Shown here one piece after another: positions 10,486-18,626 of a stretch of 22,654 bases of DNA. The DNA is from Candidatus Eiseniibacteriota bacterium. GTDB taxonomy: Bacteria; Eisenbacteria; RBG-16-71-46; DASYSL01. Position numbers and translations under genes: made by a program. The DNA is taken from NCBI GenBank assembly GCA_046598045.1, contig JBKJJJ010000211.1:1-22654 (forward strand), written 5' to 3'. The notes beneath the pieces are model-generated. The model was given only the letters and a program-made list of their open reading frames with translations, ran no database searches and was not told the DNA's origin. How positions within the stretch are numbered: position 1 is the first letter of the stretch; every line of letters starts with the position of its first letter.

Positions 10486-11315
10486 GCAATCGCCGCTCCC
10501 CGCTCGCCCACGACCCGCAAGCCCTCTACGAAGCCGCCGTCCAGGGAGTCGACTACGACCTCGACTTCCTCGATCGCCTGTTCCGCCACCTGCGCGGCCG
10601 CGCGCCGCACGTGCTGCGCGAGGATTTCTGCTCGACCGCGGCGCTCGCCTGCGCGTGGGTGCTGCGCGATCCCGCGCACGTGGCGTACGGCGTCGACCTC
10701 GATCCCGAGCCGCTCGCCTGGGCGCGGCGCTGGCGCCTCGCGCAGATGAAGCAGGGGGCGGAGCGCGTGATCCTGAGGCGCGCGAACGTGCTCACCGCGC
10801 GGGTGCCGAAGGCCGACGTGACGATCGCGTACAACTTCTCGTACTGGGTTTTCAAGACGCGGCCCGAGCTGCTCGCGTACTTCCGCGCGGCGCGGCGCGG
10901 GCTCGCGCGCGACGGGCTCCTGCTGCTTGCGATGTACGGCGGCACCGGCGCCACGCAGACACTGCGCGAGCCGCGCCGCATCCCCGCGAAGCAGGGGCCC
11001 GACGGGCGGCCGCTGCCCGCGTTCCGTTACGTGTGGCGGCAGGAGAAGTTCAACCCGATCACGCACGAGCTGTTGTGCTCGATCGACTTCGAGGTGCCGG
11101 GCCGCCGGCCGATGCGCCGCGCGTTTACTTATGATTGGCGCATGTGGACGCTGCCCGAGGTGCGCGAGTTGCTCGCCGAGGCGGGCTTCGCCGAATCGCG
11201 CGTCTACGTCGAGGGCTGGGACGACGATGCGAAGAAGTCCGACGGCGTGTATCATCGCCGCGTGTCGTTCGCGAACCAGGAAGGCTGGCTGGCGCTGGTG
11301 GCGGGGGTGAAGTGA
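10482..11315 (+). CDS. Class I SAM-dependent methyltransferase, unknown substrate
   Basis: LREDFCST motif-I-like segment, GVDLDPEPL motif II, AYNFSY, FTYDWRMW; GTGA overlap with envC. Confidence 0.75.
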   Translation: MSNRRSPLAHDPQALYEAAVQGVDYDLDFLDRLFRHLRGRAPHVLREDFCSTAALACAWVLRDPAHVAYGVDLDPEPLAWARRWRLAQMKQGAERVILRRANVLTARVPKADVTIAYNFSYWVFKTRPELLAYFRAARRGLARDGLLLLAMYGGTGATQTLREPRRIPAKQGPDGRPLPAFRYVWRQEKFNPITHELLCSIDFEVPGRRPMRRAFTYDWRMWTLPEVRELLAEAGFAESRVYVEGWDDDAKKSDGVYHRRVSFANQEGWLALVAGVK

Positions 11316-12451
11316 TGCGCTTCGAGGACATCGTCGGACAGGAGCGCGCGATCCGCACCCTGCGCGACACGCTGCGCTCGAACCGCATCCCGAACGCCTA
11401 CCTGTTCGATGGTCCGTGGGGCGTCGGCAAGACGCGCACCGCGCTCGCGCTCGCCGCCGCGCTGGTGTGCCGCACCGAGCGCGACGACGCCTGCGGCCAG
11501 TGCGACGCCTGCCTGCGCGTCGCGCGCTTCATGCACCCGGACGTGCGCTTCCTGTTCCCGGTGATGACCGACGAGGACGACCCCGAGTCGATCGCCGGGA
11601 CGCTGCAGGAGGTCGCGAACGACCCACACCACGTGTTCACCTACGAGAAGGCCTCGTCGATCCGCATCGGGATCACGCGCGACATCCTCAAGGAACTCGC
11701 CTACCGCCCGTACGAGGGCCGCCGCCGCGTGATCGTGCTGCGCGACGCCGACCGCATGCGCGAGGACCAGTACAGCGCGATGCTCAAGTCGCTCGAGGAG
11801 CCGGGCGCGTCCACGCTCTGGGTACTGACCAGCGCGCGGCCCAACCGCCTGCCGCCGACGATCCGCTCGCGCTGCCTCAAGGTGCGTTTCCGCGCGCTCA
11901 CCGAGGAGGAGATCGAGGGCTATCTCAGCGATCGCGTCGGGCTCGGAGGCTCGGTCGCGCGCCTGCTCGCCGCGCTCGCCTCGGGCAGCCTCGCGCGCGC
12001 GCTCACGCTGCGCACCGAGGATGTGGCCGCGCTGCGGGACGACGCGATGCGCGGGCTCGGCGCGGCGAACTCGGGCGATCCCGCGCGCATCCTCGCCGCC
12101 GCGAGCGAGGCCGCGAGCTGGTCGAACCGCGAGAAAATGCGGCGCACGCTCGAATTCCAGTTCCTCTTGCTGCGCGACCTGCTGCGCCTCAAGCACGGCG
12201 CGCCCGAGGAGAAGCTGGTCAACCGCGACCGCATCGCCGACTTGCGCAAAGTCGCGGGCGGCATCGAGGTGCGCGAGATCCGCCGCCGCGCGGCATTGCT
12301 CGAGGAGGTCGCGCGCGCGATCGACTCGAACATCACGCCCGAGGCCGCGTTCTTCTCCGCGTACGCGCGCTGGGGGAAGGCGTTCGCGCCCGACACCGCC
12401 GAGCGCGCGGAGGCATGGCCGGCCTGGGGGCGGGTGCGGTTGGACGTCTAG
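11315..12451 (+). CDS. holB: DNA polymerase III delta' subunit
   Basis: MRFEDIVGQ, AYLFDGPWGVGKT, zinc module C...CGQCDAC, HPD, LKSLEEP, LPPTIRSRC; TGATG overlap. Confidence 0.92.
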   Translation: MRFEDIVGQERAIRTLRDTLRSNRIPNAYLFDGPWGVGKTRTALALAAALVCRTERDDACGQCDACLRVARFMHPDVRFLFPVMTDEDDPESIAGTLQEVANDPHHVFTYEKASSIRIGITRDILKELAYRPYEGRRRVIVLRDADRMREDQYSAMLKSLEEPGASTLWVLTSARPNRLPPTIRSRCLKVRFRALTEEEIEGYLSDRVGLGGSVARLLAALASGSLARALTLRTEDVAALRDDAMRGLGAANSGDPARILAAASEAASWSNREKMRRTLEFQFLLLRDLLRLKHGAPEEKLVNRDRIADLRKVAGGIEVREIRRRAALLEEVARAIDSNITPEAAFFSAYARWGKAFAPDTAERAEAWPAWGRVRLDV

Positions 12452-12454
12452 CGC

Positions 12455-13114
12455 CTACCCGCCGATCGTCCGCCGGATCGTGATCGGCACGGGGTAGCGG
12501 ATCGGGCCGGCCGAGGTCTCGATCGAGGGCACGAGGTCCGCCCGGATCTCCTTGCTGTAACCCTGCGCCCCCGCGATTGCCAGCCCCAGCTCGAACAGGC
12601 TCTTCGCCCCGCCGCCGAACTTGTCGTAGGCATTGAAGTGGACCTGGACCGGCACGTCGACCACTTGCCCGGGCGCGAACGAGTAGGCCTGATCGAGCTG
12701 CCCGGCCACGACCTGCTGGTCCTCGACGAAGAACGTCCAGCCGAGCGCGACCATGCGCGCGGTGACCGGGTTCGCGGCCGGGTTGGTCCCGCGCACGTGG
12801 AGCGTCAGGTCGAGCGGCACGTTCCTGGTCAAGACCGCCGCGCCGAGCCGCGCGACGTCGACCGCGCCGAGATCGCCGTAGCCGCTCCTTCCGGAGACCA
12901 TGACGCCCGCGACGCGGACGTCGCTCACGCGATCGAAGTCGAACTGCACCTGCCGGAGCGCGGAGAGCTGCTGGAGCGCGGCGCATCCCGGGGCGCAGAG
13001 CGCGACCGCGAGTGCGAGGGTGACGAGGCCGGCGCGGAGGTTTCGGCCGGCGCGGGGACTGCGGCCGGCGTGGAGAGTGCGGCGGGCGCGGGGACTGCGT
13101 GCGAGAGGGGTCAT
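12455..13114 (-). CDS. LEA type 2 / WHy-like lipoprotein
   Basis: Hydrophobic stretch ending APGC (lipobox-like), beta-rich body with LHVRGTNP and VDVPVQV pattern. Start at 13114 or 13132. Confidence 0.65.
   Translation of the reverse strand: MTPLARSPRARRTLHAGRSPRAGRNLRAGLVTLALAVALCAPGCAALQQLSALRQVQFDFDRVSDVRVAGVMVSGRSGYGDLGAVDVARLGAAVLTRNVPLDLTLHVRGTNPAANPVTARMVALGWTFFVEDQQVVAGQLDQAYSFAPGQVVDVPVQVHFNAYDKFGGGAKSLFELGLAIAGAQGYSKEIRADLVPSIETSAGPIRYPVPITIRRTIGG
13027..13098. repeat. Four imperfect 18-bp tandem repeats
   Basis: ggccggcgcggaggtttc / ggccggcgcggggactgc / ggccggcgtggagagtgc / ggcgggcgcggggactgc. Confidence 0.85.
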
Positions 13115-13220
13115 GGGCGGAGTATGGCTCATGACGTCCGATCGGCTCCACCGCGATTTCGTCCCACCCGCGCGCTAGTCTCTCGCCATCGCCCCCGCTC
13201 GCCCCCGTGAGAGGCTCGCG

Positions 13221-14252
13221 ATGAGCACCTATCGTCTGACTCACCTCAGCAATGAGCAGCTGTTGGCAGGTTTCGCCGCCCTCCGCGCGCAGGAGCGCTG
13301 CACGATGGCGGCCCTCCTCGCGCACATCGCCGAGATCGACGCACGGCACCTCTACCTGCGCGCCGGATTCGAGTCGATGCGGGCGTATTGCGTGCACGAA
13401 CTCCGATTGTCCGAGGACGCTGCCGCCAAGCGCATCCAGGTGGCACGGCTCGCACACGGCATTCCTGCGATCTTTCCTGCGATCGCGGATGGGCGGTTGC
13501 ACCTGGGCGCCGTGCGGGCCCTGGCGAGCCGATTGACGCCGGCGAACGTCGAACAACTAATCGCCGCGGCGACGCACAAGACGGTGGAGGCGATTGAGGT
13601 CGAACTCGCGCGCCTCTTCCCGCAACCCGAGGTTCTGCGCCTCGACGACGGCATTGCGCAGCAAGTCGTTGCGCCGCAACAGCCGAATGCGATCGAACGT
13701 GCCACGTGGCACGTTCAAGTTGAAACAGTCACCCCAAAAGTGCGCACCAAGATCGCGCCGCTATCGCCCGAGCGCTACACGCTCCAGGTGACGCTTCCGG
13801 CATCCACGCACGACAAGCTGAGGCGCGCGCAGGCGCTGCTCGGGCACTCGGTCCCGAGCGGAGACGTCGCAGAGGTGCTCGACCGCGCATTCGATACGCT
13901 GATTGCAAAGCTCGAGCTGCGGAAGTTTGGCTCGACGAAGCCGCAGGGCCAGCCGCGTGCGACCGTGACGGGACGGTCGATCCGGGCGCACGTCCGGCGG
14001 GCGGTCTACGAACGCGACGCGGGCCGTTGCGCGTACGTCTTCGCGGACGGGCGTCGGTGCGCCGGCCAGGAACGCCTTGAATTCGATCACGTCAACCCGG
14101 TGGCGCGGGGTGGCCTGTCGACCGTCGACAACCTGCGACTCGTCTGTCGTGCCCACAACCAGGCCGCGGCGGAAGACGTGTTCGGACAGGAGTTCATGGA
14201 GAGCAGGCGAACGTCCCGCCGCGACGGAACCGCCCGGGAGCACGTCCAGTAG
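13221..14252 (+). CDS. HNH endonuclease with DUF222-like helical N-terminal domain
   Basis: C-terminal RDAGRC...RC...LEFDHVNPVARGG..TVDNLRLVCRAHN (zinc-bound HNH); N-terminal LLAHIAEIDARHLY...S..AYC...LSE..A.KRI..AR pattern typical of multicopy solo HNH genes; GAGAGG RBS. Confidence 0.88.
   Translation: MSTYRLTHLSNEQLLAGFAALRAQERCTMAALLAHIAEIDARHLYLRAGFESMRAYCVHELRLSEDAAAKRIQVARLAHGIPAIFPAIADGRLHLGAVRALASRLTPANVEQLIAAATHKTVEAIEVELARLFPQPEVLRLDDGIAQQVVAPQQPNAIERATWHVQVETVTPKVRTKIAPLSPERYTLQVTLPASTHDKLRRAQALLGHSVPSGDVAEVLDRAFDTLIAKLELRKFGSTKPQGQPRATVTGRSIRAHVRRAVYERDAGRCAYVFADGRRCAGQERLEFDHVNPVARGGLSTVDNLRLVCRAHNQAAAEDVFGQEFMESRRTSRRDGTAREHVQ
13695..13716. repeat. Perfect 22-bp palindrome
   Basis: GAACGTGCCAC|GTGGCACGTTC is its own reverse complement. 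Confidence 0.95.
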
Positions 14253-14261
14253 ACGCCGCTG

Positions 14262-14343
14262 GTCCGGCAGCGTCGCGAGTTGGCCAGGTGGGACCCTGCC
14301 GGACGGAGCCGGCCGCTCCTCGCCCGATTCCGCTCAAATCGGG
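14262..14343 (+). other. Three consecutive stem-loops between the HNH gene and metG
   Basis: gtccggcag/ctgccggac (14262-14304, extendable with mismatches), ggagc/gctcc (14305-14319), cccgatt/aatcggg (14323-14343). Confidence 0.6.
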
Positions 14344-14349
14344 TAGAAT
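14344..14349 (+). promoter_or_regulatory. Putative -10 box of a leaderless metG transcript
   Basis: TAGAAT 5 nt before ATG 14355; no Shine-Dalgarno. Confidence 0.6.
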
Positions 14350-14354
14350 GCGCC

Positions 14355-15959
14355 ATGCCAAAGTTCTACATCACCGATGCCATCGACTACGCGAACGGAT
14401 CGCCCCATCTCGGGCATGCCTACGAGAAGGTCGTCACCGACTGCATTGCGCGCGCGCACCGTCAGGCAGGGTTCGACACCTACTTCCTGACGGGCACCGA
14501 CGAGCACGGGCTGAAGGTCCAGCGCACCGCCGAGAAGGCCGGGCTCGCACCGCAGGCCTATGTCGACCAGGTCGCCGCCGAGTTCGTCGAGGCGTGGCGC
14601 GTGCTGCGGATCGAGCCGGACCAGTTCTTCCGCACGACCGACCCGCGGCACGCGCCGGTCGTGCAGGAGTTCTTCCGCCGCGCGTATGCCGCGGGCGATA
14701 TCTACGAGAACGAGTACGAGGGCCTCTACTGCCAGGGCTGCGAGGCGTTCTACCAGGAAAAGGACCTGGTCGACGGCAAGTGCCCGATCCACCTCGTCAC
14801 GCTCGAGACGGTGCGCGAGAAAAACTTCTTCTTCCGGCTCTCGAAGTACCAGCAGCCGCTCCTCGACCACATCGCGGCGCACCCGGAGTTCATCCAGCCC
14901 GACTTCCGGCGCAACGAGGTCGTGAACGTGATCAAGGGCGGGCTCGAGGACATCTCGGTGTCGCGCGCGTCGGTGCCGTGGGGCGTGCCCATGCCGGACT
15001 CGATCCCGAACAGCCAGGGGCACACGATCTACGTCTGGTTCGACGCGCTGATCAATTACATCTCAGCGATCGGGTACCCCGACGAGAAGTATCGCGCGTG
15101 GTGGTGCGCGGAGGACGGCAAGACGCCGAACGCGTTGCACGTCATCGGCAAGGACATCAGCCGCTTTCACTGCATCATCTGGCCGGCGATGCTGATGTCC
15201 GTGGGCGCGCCCGTCGCGCGCGCGGCGTTCGTGCACGGATTCGTCTATGCGCGCGGCGTCAAGCTCTCGAAGTCGCTCGGCAACCAGATCGACCCGGTCG
15301 CCACGAGCGATCGGTTCGGGGCCGACGCCCTGCGGTGGTACCTCGCGCGCGAGATCGCGTTCGGATCCGACGGCGACTTCACGTGGGAGCGCTTCATCGA
15401 GCGCTACAACGTCGACCTCGCGAACGACTACGGCAACCTGCTCTCGCGCTCGGGCTCGATGCTGCACAAGTATCGTGCGGGCGTCGTGCCGGCGCGCTGG
15501 GAGGGGGGCGCGCTCGAGCAGGAGATCGTCGCGCTCGCGGCCACGTGCGCACGCGAGACGCGGGCGGCGTGGCTCGCGCTCCAGCCGTCCGACGCGCTGG
15601 CCGCCGCGTGGAAGCTGGTCGCGCGCGCGAACGTGTACGTCGAGGAGACCAAGCCCTGGGCGCTCGCGAAAGCCGGCGCGGACGATCCCGCGGCAGCCGC
15701 GCGGCTAGACACCGTGCTTGCGACGCTGCTCGAGGCCGGGCGGCTGGCGACGCGCTGGGCATGGCCCGCGATCCCGACCAAGGCCGAGGAGGCGTGGCGC
15801 GGGCTCGCGCTCCCGGGCGCGCCGGGCGACGCCGGCAGCGCGCGCGCGGACGAGTGGTTCGAGGGCAGGAACGCTCCGCCGAACGCGGGCGTGACGCTGC
15901 CGCCGGTCACGATCCTGTTCCCGAGGATCGACGCCGAAAAGCTCGAGACGCCCGCGTAG
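14355..15959 (+). CDS. metG: Methionine--tRNA ligase (short MetRS1-like form)
   Basis: YANGSPHLGH (HIGH), TGTDEHG, one Zn knuckle CQGC...CPIH, YVWFDAL, GKDI..FH, KLSKS, anticodon domain LANDYGNL / KPW; no C-terminal dimerisation domain. Confidence 0.96.
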   Translation: MPKFYITDAIDYANGSPHLGHAYEKVVTDCIARAHRQAGFDTYFLTGTDEHGLKVQRTAEKAGLAPQAYVDQVAAEFVEAWRVLRIEPDQFFRTTDPRHAPVVQEFFRRAYAAGDIYENEYEGLYCQGCEAFYQEKDLVDGKCPIHLVTLETVREKNFFFRLSKYQQPLLDHIAAHPEFIQPDFRRNEVVNVIKGGLEDISVSRASVPWGVPMPDSIPNSQGHTIYVWFDALINYISAIGYPDEKYRAWWCAEDGKTPNALHVIGKDISRFHCIIWPAMLMSVGAPVARAAFVHGFVYARGVKLSKSLGNQIDPVATSDRFGADALRWYLAREIAFGSDGDFTWERFIERYNVDLANDYGNLLSRSGSMLHKYRAGVVPARWEGGALEQEIVALAATCARETRAAWLALQPSDALAAAWKLVARANVYVEETKPWALAKAGADDPAAAARLDTVLATLLEAGRLATRWAWPAIPTKAEEAWRGLALPGAPGDAGSARADEWFEGRNAPPNAGVTLPPVTILFPRIDAEKLETPA

Positions 15960-15962
15960 CCT

Positions 15963-16922
15963 TCAGACCGCGCGATGGCGCGCGGCCGGGCGCTTGCCCG
16001 CGCGAGCGCCGCGCGCGCGTGGCGCGGGAAACAACTCCCGACGCGCCGCGCGCGTCAACTCGACGACCGTCGGGTGGCGCAATCTCCGCTCTGCCGACAC
16101 CGCGTAGAAGCGCTCGGACGCGCCCTCGACCGGCCCGACCCGCCGCAGTCCGAACTGCGCCGCGAGGGCGCCCTCGATCACCGCGGGGGCCGCGATCACG
16201 CCATGGCCCGCCTGCGCGAACGACGTCAGCAGCGCGCTGTCGTCGAACTCGCCGATCACGCGCGGGGAGAGACCCGCCCGCTCCAGCCAACTCTCGACCT
16301 GCCGCCTGAGCGTCGTGCCCTCGCCCGGCAACAGGATCGGCGCATCGCCGAGGCTGAACGGGAACCGCCGCCTGTGCCGCGCGGCGAGCGCGGGCGCGGC
16401 GTAGAGCGCGACCGGGCTTTCGCCCAGCAGGTGGCTGAACACGCGGATCGGGGAACCGGCACCGGGTGGCGCGTCGGCGAGCACGAGGTCGAGCTCGTGC
16501 AGCGCGAGCCCGGCGTACAGGCGCTCGGCGCGATCCTCGCGCACGATCAGGCGCGCGGGGGCAGGCCCGGCGAGCGCGGGTTCGAGCAGCACCTGCGCCA
16601 CGAGCTTGGGCAAGACGTCGACCACGCCGACGCGCACGAGGCGCGCGCGGCCCGAGGGCTGGTCCTTCACCGCGCGGGCGAGCTCGCGACCGAGGCCGAA
16701 AATCTCCTCCGCATATCGCTGCGCCACCCGGCCCGCCTCGGTCAGCTCGAGCCGGCGGCCGACGCGCGTGAACAGTTTCTCGCCGAGCGCGGCCTCGAGC
16801 TGCGCGACCTGGCTGCTGAGCGTCGGCTGGGAGACGTGCAGCGCGCGACTCGCGCGCGCCATGCCGCCCTCGCGCGCGGTCATCCAGAAGTGGAACAGGT
16901 GGTGGTAGTTCAGGCGCTCCAT
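15963..16922 (-). CDS. nhaR: LysR-family transcriptional activator, NhaR-like
   Basis: MERLNYHHLFHFW start, HTH LHVSQPTLSSQ, GEFDDSALL..F.Q.G.G and FYAVSAERRLRHP closely match NhaR as I recall it. Confidence 0.88.
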   Translation of the reverse strand: MERLNYHHLFHFWMTAREGGMARASRALHVSQPTLSSQVAQLEAALGEKLFTRVGRRLELTEAGRVAQRYAEEIFGLGRELARAVKDQPSGRARLVRVGVVDVLPKLVAQVLLEPALAGPAPARLIVREDRAERLYAGLALHELDLVLADAPPGAGSPIRVFSHLLGESPVALYAAPALAARHRRRFPFSLGDAPILLPGEGTTLRRQVESWLERAGLSPRVIGEFDDSALLTSFAQAGHGVIAAPAVIEGALAAQFGLRRVGPVEGASERFYAVSAERRLRHPTVVELTRAARRELFPAPRARGARAGKRPAARHRAV

Positions 16923-16928
16923 GGCGGG

Positions 16929-16979
16929 ATTGTACCATCGAGAAAAGCGATCGATACGATCCAATCGATCGATTGGACA
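16929..16979. promoter_or_regulatory. Divergent nhaR/terC control region with LysR T-N11-A boxes
   Basis: ATCG-N7-CGAT (16937-16951), ATC-N9-GAT (16959-16973), perfect palindrome CCAATCGATCGATTGG (16961-16976), minus-strand TACAAT (16929-16934), TGGACA (16974-16979). Confidence 0.75.
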
Positions 16980-17008
16980 AGCCTCCGACGGGGGCGGAGA
17001 GTCGGGGC

Positions 17009-17938
17009 ATGATCGAATCGGTCGGCACCCCGCTGCTGTACGCCGTGTTCACGGCGGTCGTTCTCGTGTTGCTCGCGCTCGACCTGGGTGTGTTCCACCG
17101 CAAGGCCCACGCCATGGGCGTGCGCGAGGCGCTGGCGTGGAGCGCGGTCTGGATCGGGCTCGCGGCGGCGTTCAACCTGTGGCTCGGCTGGCAATTCGGG
17201 CCCGCAAAGGCGCTCGAGTTCACGACCGGCTACGTGATCGAGAAGGCGCTCTCGGTCGACAACGTCTTCATCTTCCTCGTGATTTTCGGCGCGTTCCGGG
17301 TGCCGGAGGCCTACCAGCACCGCGTGCTGTTCTGGGGCGTGGTCGGGGCGCTCGTCTTGCGCGGAGCGTTCATCGCGGCCGGGGCGGCCGTGATGCACGC
17401 GTTTCACGGGGTGATCTACGTGTTCGGCGGCATCCTGCTGGTGACGGGCATCCGCCTGCTACTGACGCGTGACCACGAGGAGCACCCGGAGAACAACCCG
17501 GCGTTCCGCGCGCTGCGGCGCGTGATCCCGAGCACGCCCACGTACCACGGGCCGCGCTTCTGGGTCCGCGAGGGCGGACGCCGCCTGGCGACGCCCCTGT
17601 TCCTCGTGCTCGTGCTGATCGAGATCACGGACGTGATCTTCGCGGTGGATTCGATCCCCGCGGTGTTCGCGGTGACAACCGATCCGTTCCTGGTATTCAC
17701 CTCGAACGTGTTCGCGATCCTGGGACTGCGGGCGCTCTACTTCTGCGTGGCCGGCTTCGTGAGCCGCCTCCGGCACCTCAAGATCGGGCTCGCGCTCGTG
17801 CTCGTGTTCGTGGCGGCGAAGATGCTGCTGACCGACGTCGTGCAGGTGCCGATCGGGGTCTCGCTCGCGGCTGTGGCGGCCATCCTGGGCGGCGCCGTGG
17901 CCAGCTCGCTGATCGCAGAGCGGCGCGACCGAGCCTAG
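17009..17938 (+). CDS. TerC/Alx family membrane protein
   Basis: LALDLGVFHRK, GYVIEKALSVDN, QHRVLFWG, DVIFAVDSIPA, TSNVFAILGLRALYF; multiple TM helices. Confidence 0.93.
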   Translation: MIESVGTPLLYAVFTAVVLVLLALDLGVFHRKAHAMGVREALAWSAVWIGLAAAFNLWLGWQFGPAKALEFTTGYVIEKALSVDNVFIFLVIFGAFRVPEAYQHRVLFWGVVGALVLRGAFIAAGAAVMHAFHGVIYVFGGILLVTGIRLLLTRDHEEHPENNPAFRALRRVIPSTPTYHGPRFWVREGGRRLATPLFLVLVLIEITDVIFAVDSIPAVFAVTTDPFLVFTSNVFAILGLRALYFCVAGFVSRLRHLKIGLALVLVFVAAKMLLTDVVQVPIGVSLAAVAAILGGAVASSLIAERRDRA

Positions 17939-18510
17939 CCGCCCCACAGCGCGAGCTGCCGTGCCGCCAAGCGTGGCCGCGCGCCGGAAGCGTGCTCGGC
18001 CTCGTGCGCCAGCAGCCAGCGCTTGCGCGGGAGGCCGCCGCCGAAGCCGGTGAGCGAGCCGTTCGCGCCCACGATGCGGTGGCAGGGCGCGACGATCGCG
18101 ATCGGGTTCTGGCCGACGGCGGCGCCGACGGCGCGCGCGGCGTCCGGCGCGCCGATGCGGCGGGCGAGCTGGCCGTAGGTCCGGGTCTCGCCGGCCGGGA
18201 CCTCGAACAATGCGTTCCAGACCGCGCGCTGGAAGTCGGTGCCGTACAGCCGGTGCGCGAGGCCCTTGCCCTCGAGCGCGTCGCCGGCGAAGTAGCGCGC
18301 GAACCACTCGCGCACCGGGGCCATGGGACCGGCGCGGCGCGCGGCCTCCGCAAATGTCGCGCCCTCGACATGGGCCGAGAGGCGCTTGCGGGCCGAGGCC
18401 AGGCTGCGGACCCCGCCGAAGCCGAGCGTGACCAGGCCCTCGGGCGAGACGATCGCGAGCAGCGGGTCGATCGGCGAGTCGAACACTTCGTACGTCAGGA
18501 CGGTGGACAT
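17935..18510 (-). CDS. ogt: Methylated-DNA--protein-cysteine methyltransferase
   Basis: GTDFQRAVW, VPAGETRTYG, ARAVG, NPI...PCHR active site, GSLTGFGGG, LLAHE; GAGGAGG RBS. Confidence 0.93.
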   Translation of the reverse strand: MSTVLTYEVFDSPIDPLLAIVSPEGLVTLGFGGVRSLASARKRLSAHVEGATFAEAARRAGPMAPVREWFARYFAGDALEGKGLAHRLYGTDFQRAVWNALFEVPAGETRTYGQLARRIGAPDAARAVGAAVGQNPIAIVAPCHRIVGANGSLTGFGGGLPRKRWLLAHEAEHASGARPRLAARQLALWGG

Positions 18511-18626
18511 CTCGGTTCCTCCTCATGAGCCCGCGTGGGGTGCGAGTACCGTAGCGCGGCGGGAGCGGCCGTGCGAGCGAAGTGTACTGCCATGTCCGAT
18601 CGCGTCCGGTGGTGTACCATGCGCGC

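Noticed and set aside
13027..13098. Tandem repeat as a mini-CRISPR
   Set aside because: Units are contiguous with no spacers and lie in frame within a CDS.
13221..14252. HNH protein as IscB/Cas9-like or group II intron protein
   Set aside because: No PLMP start, split RuvC motifs or reverse transcriptase motifs visible.
13161..14294. GTCCCACC (13161-13168) / GGTGGGAC (14287-14294) as terminal inverted repeats
   Set aside because: Only 8 bp, not extendable, and no target-site duplication; plausible by chance unless paralogues share it.
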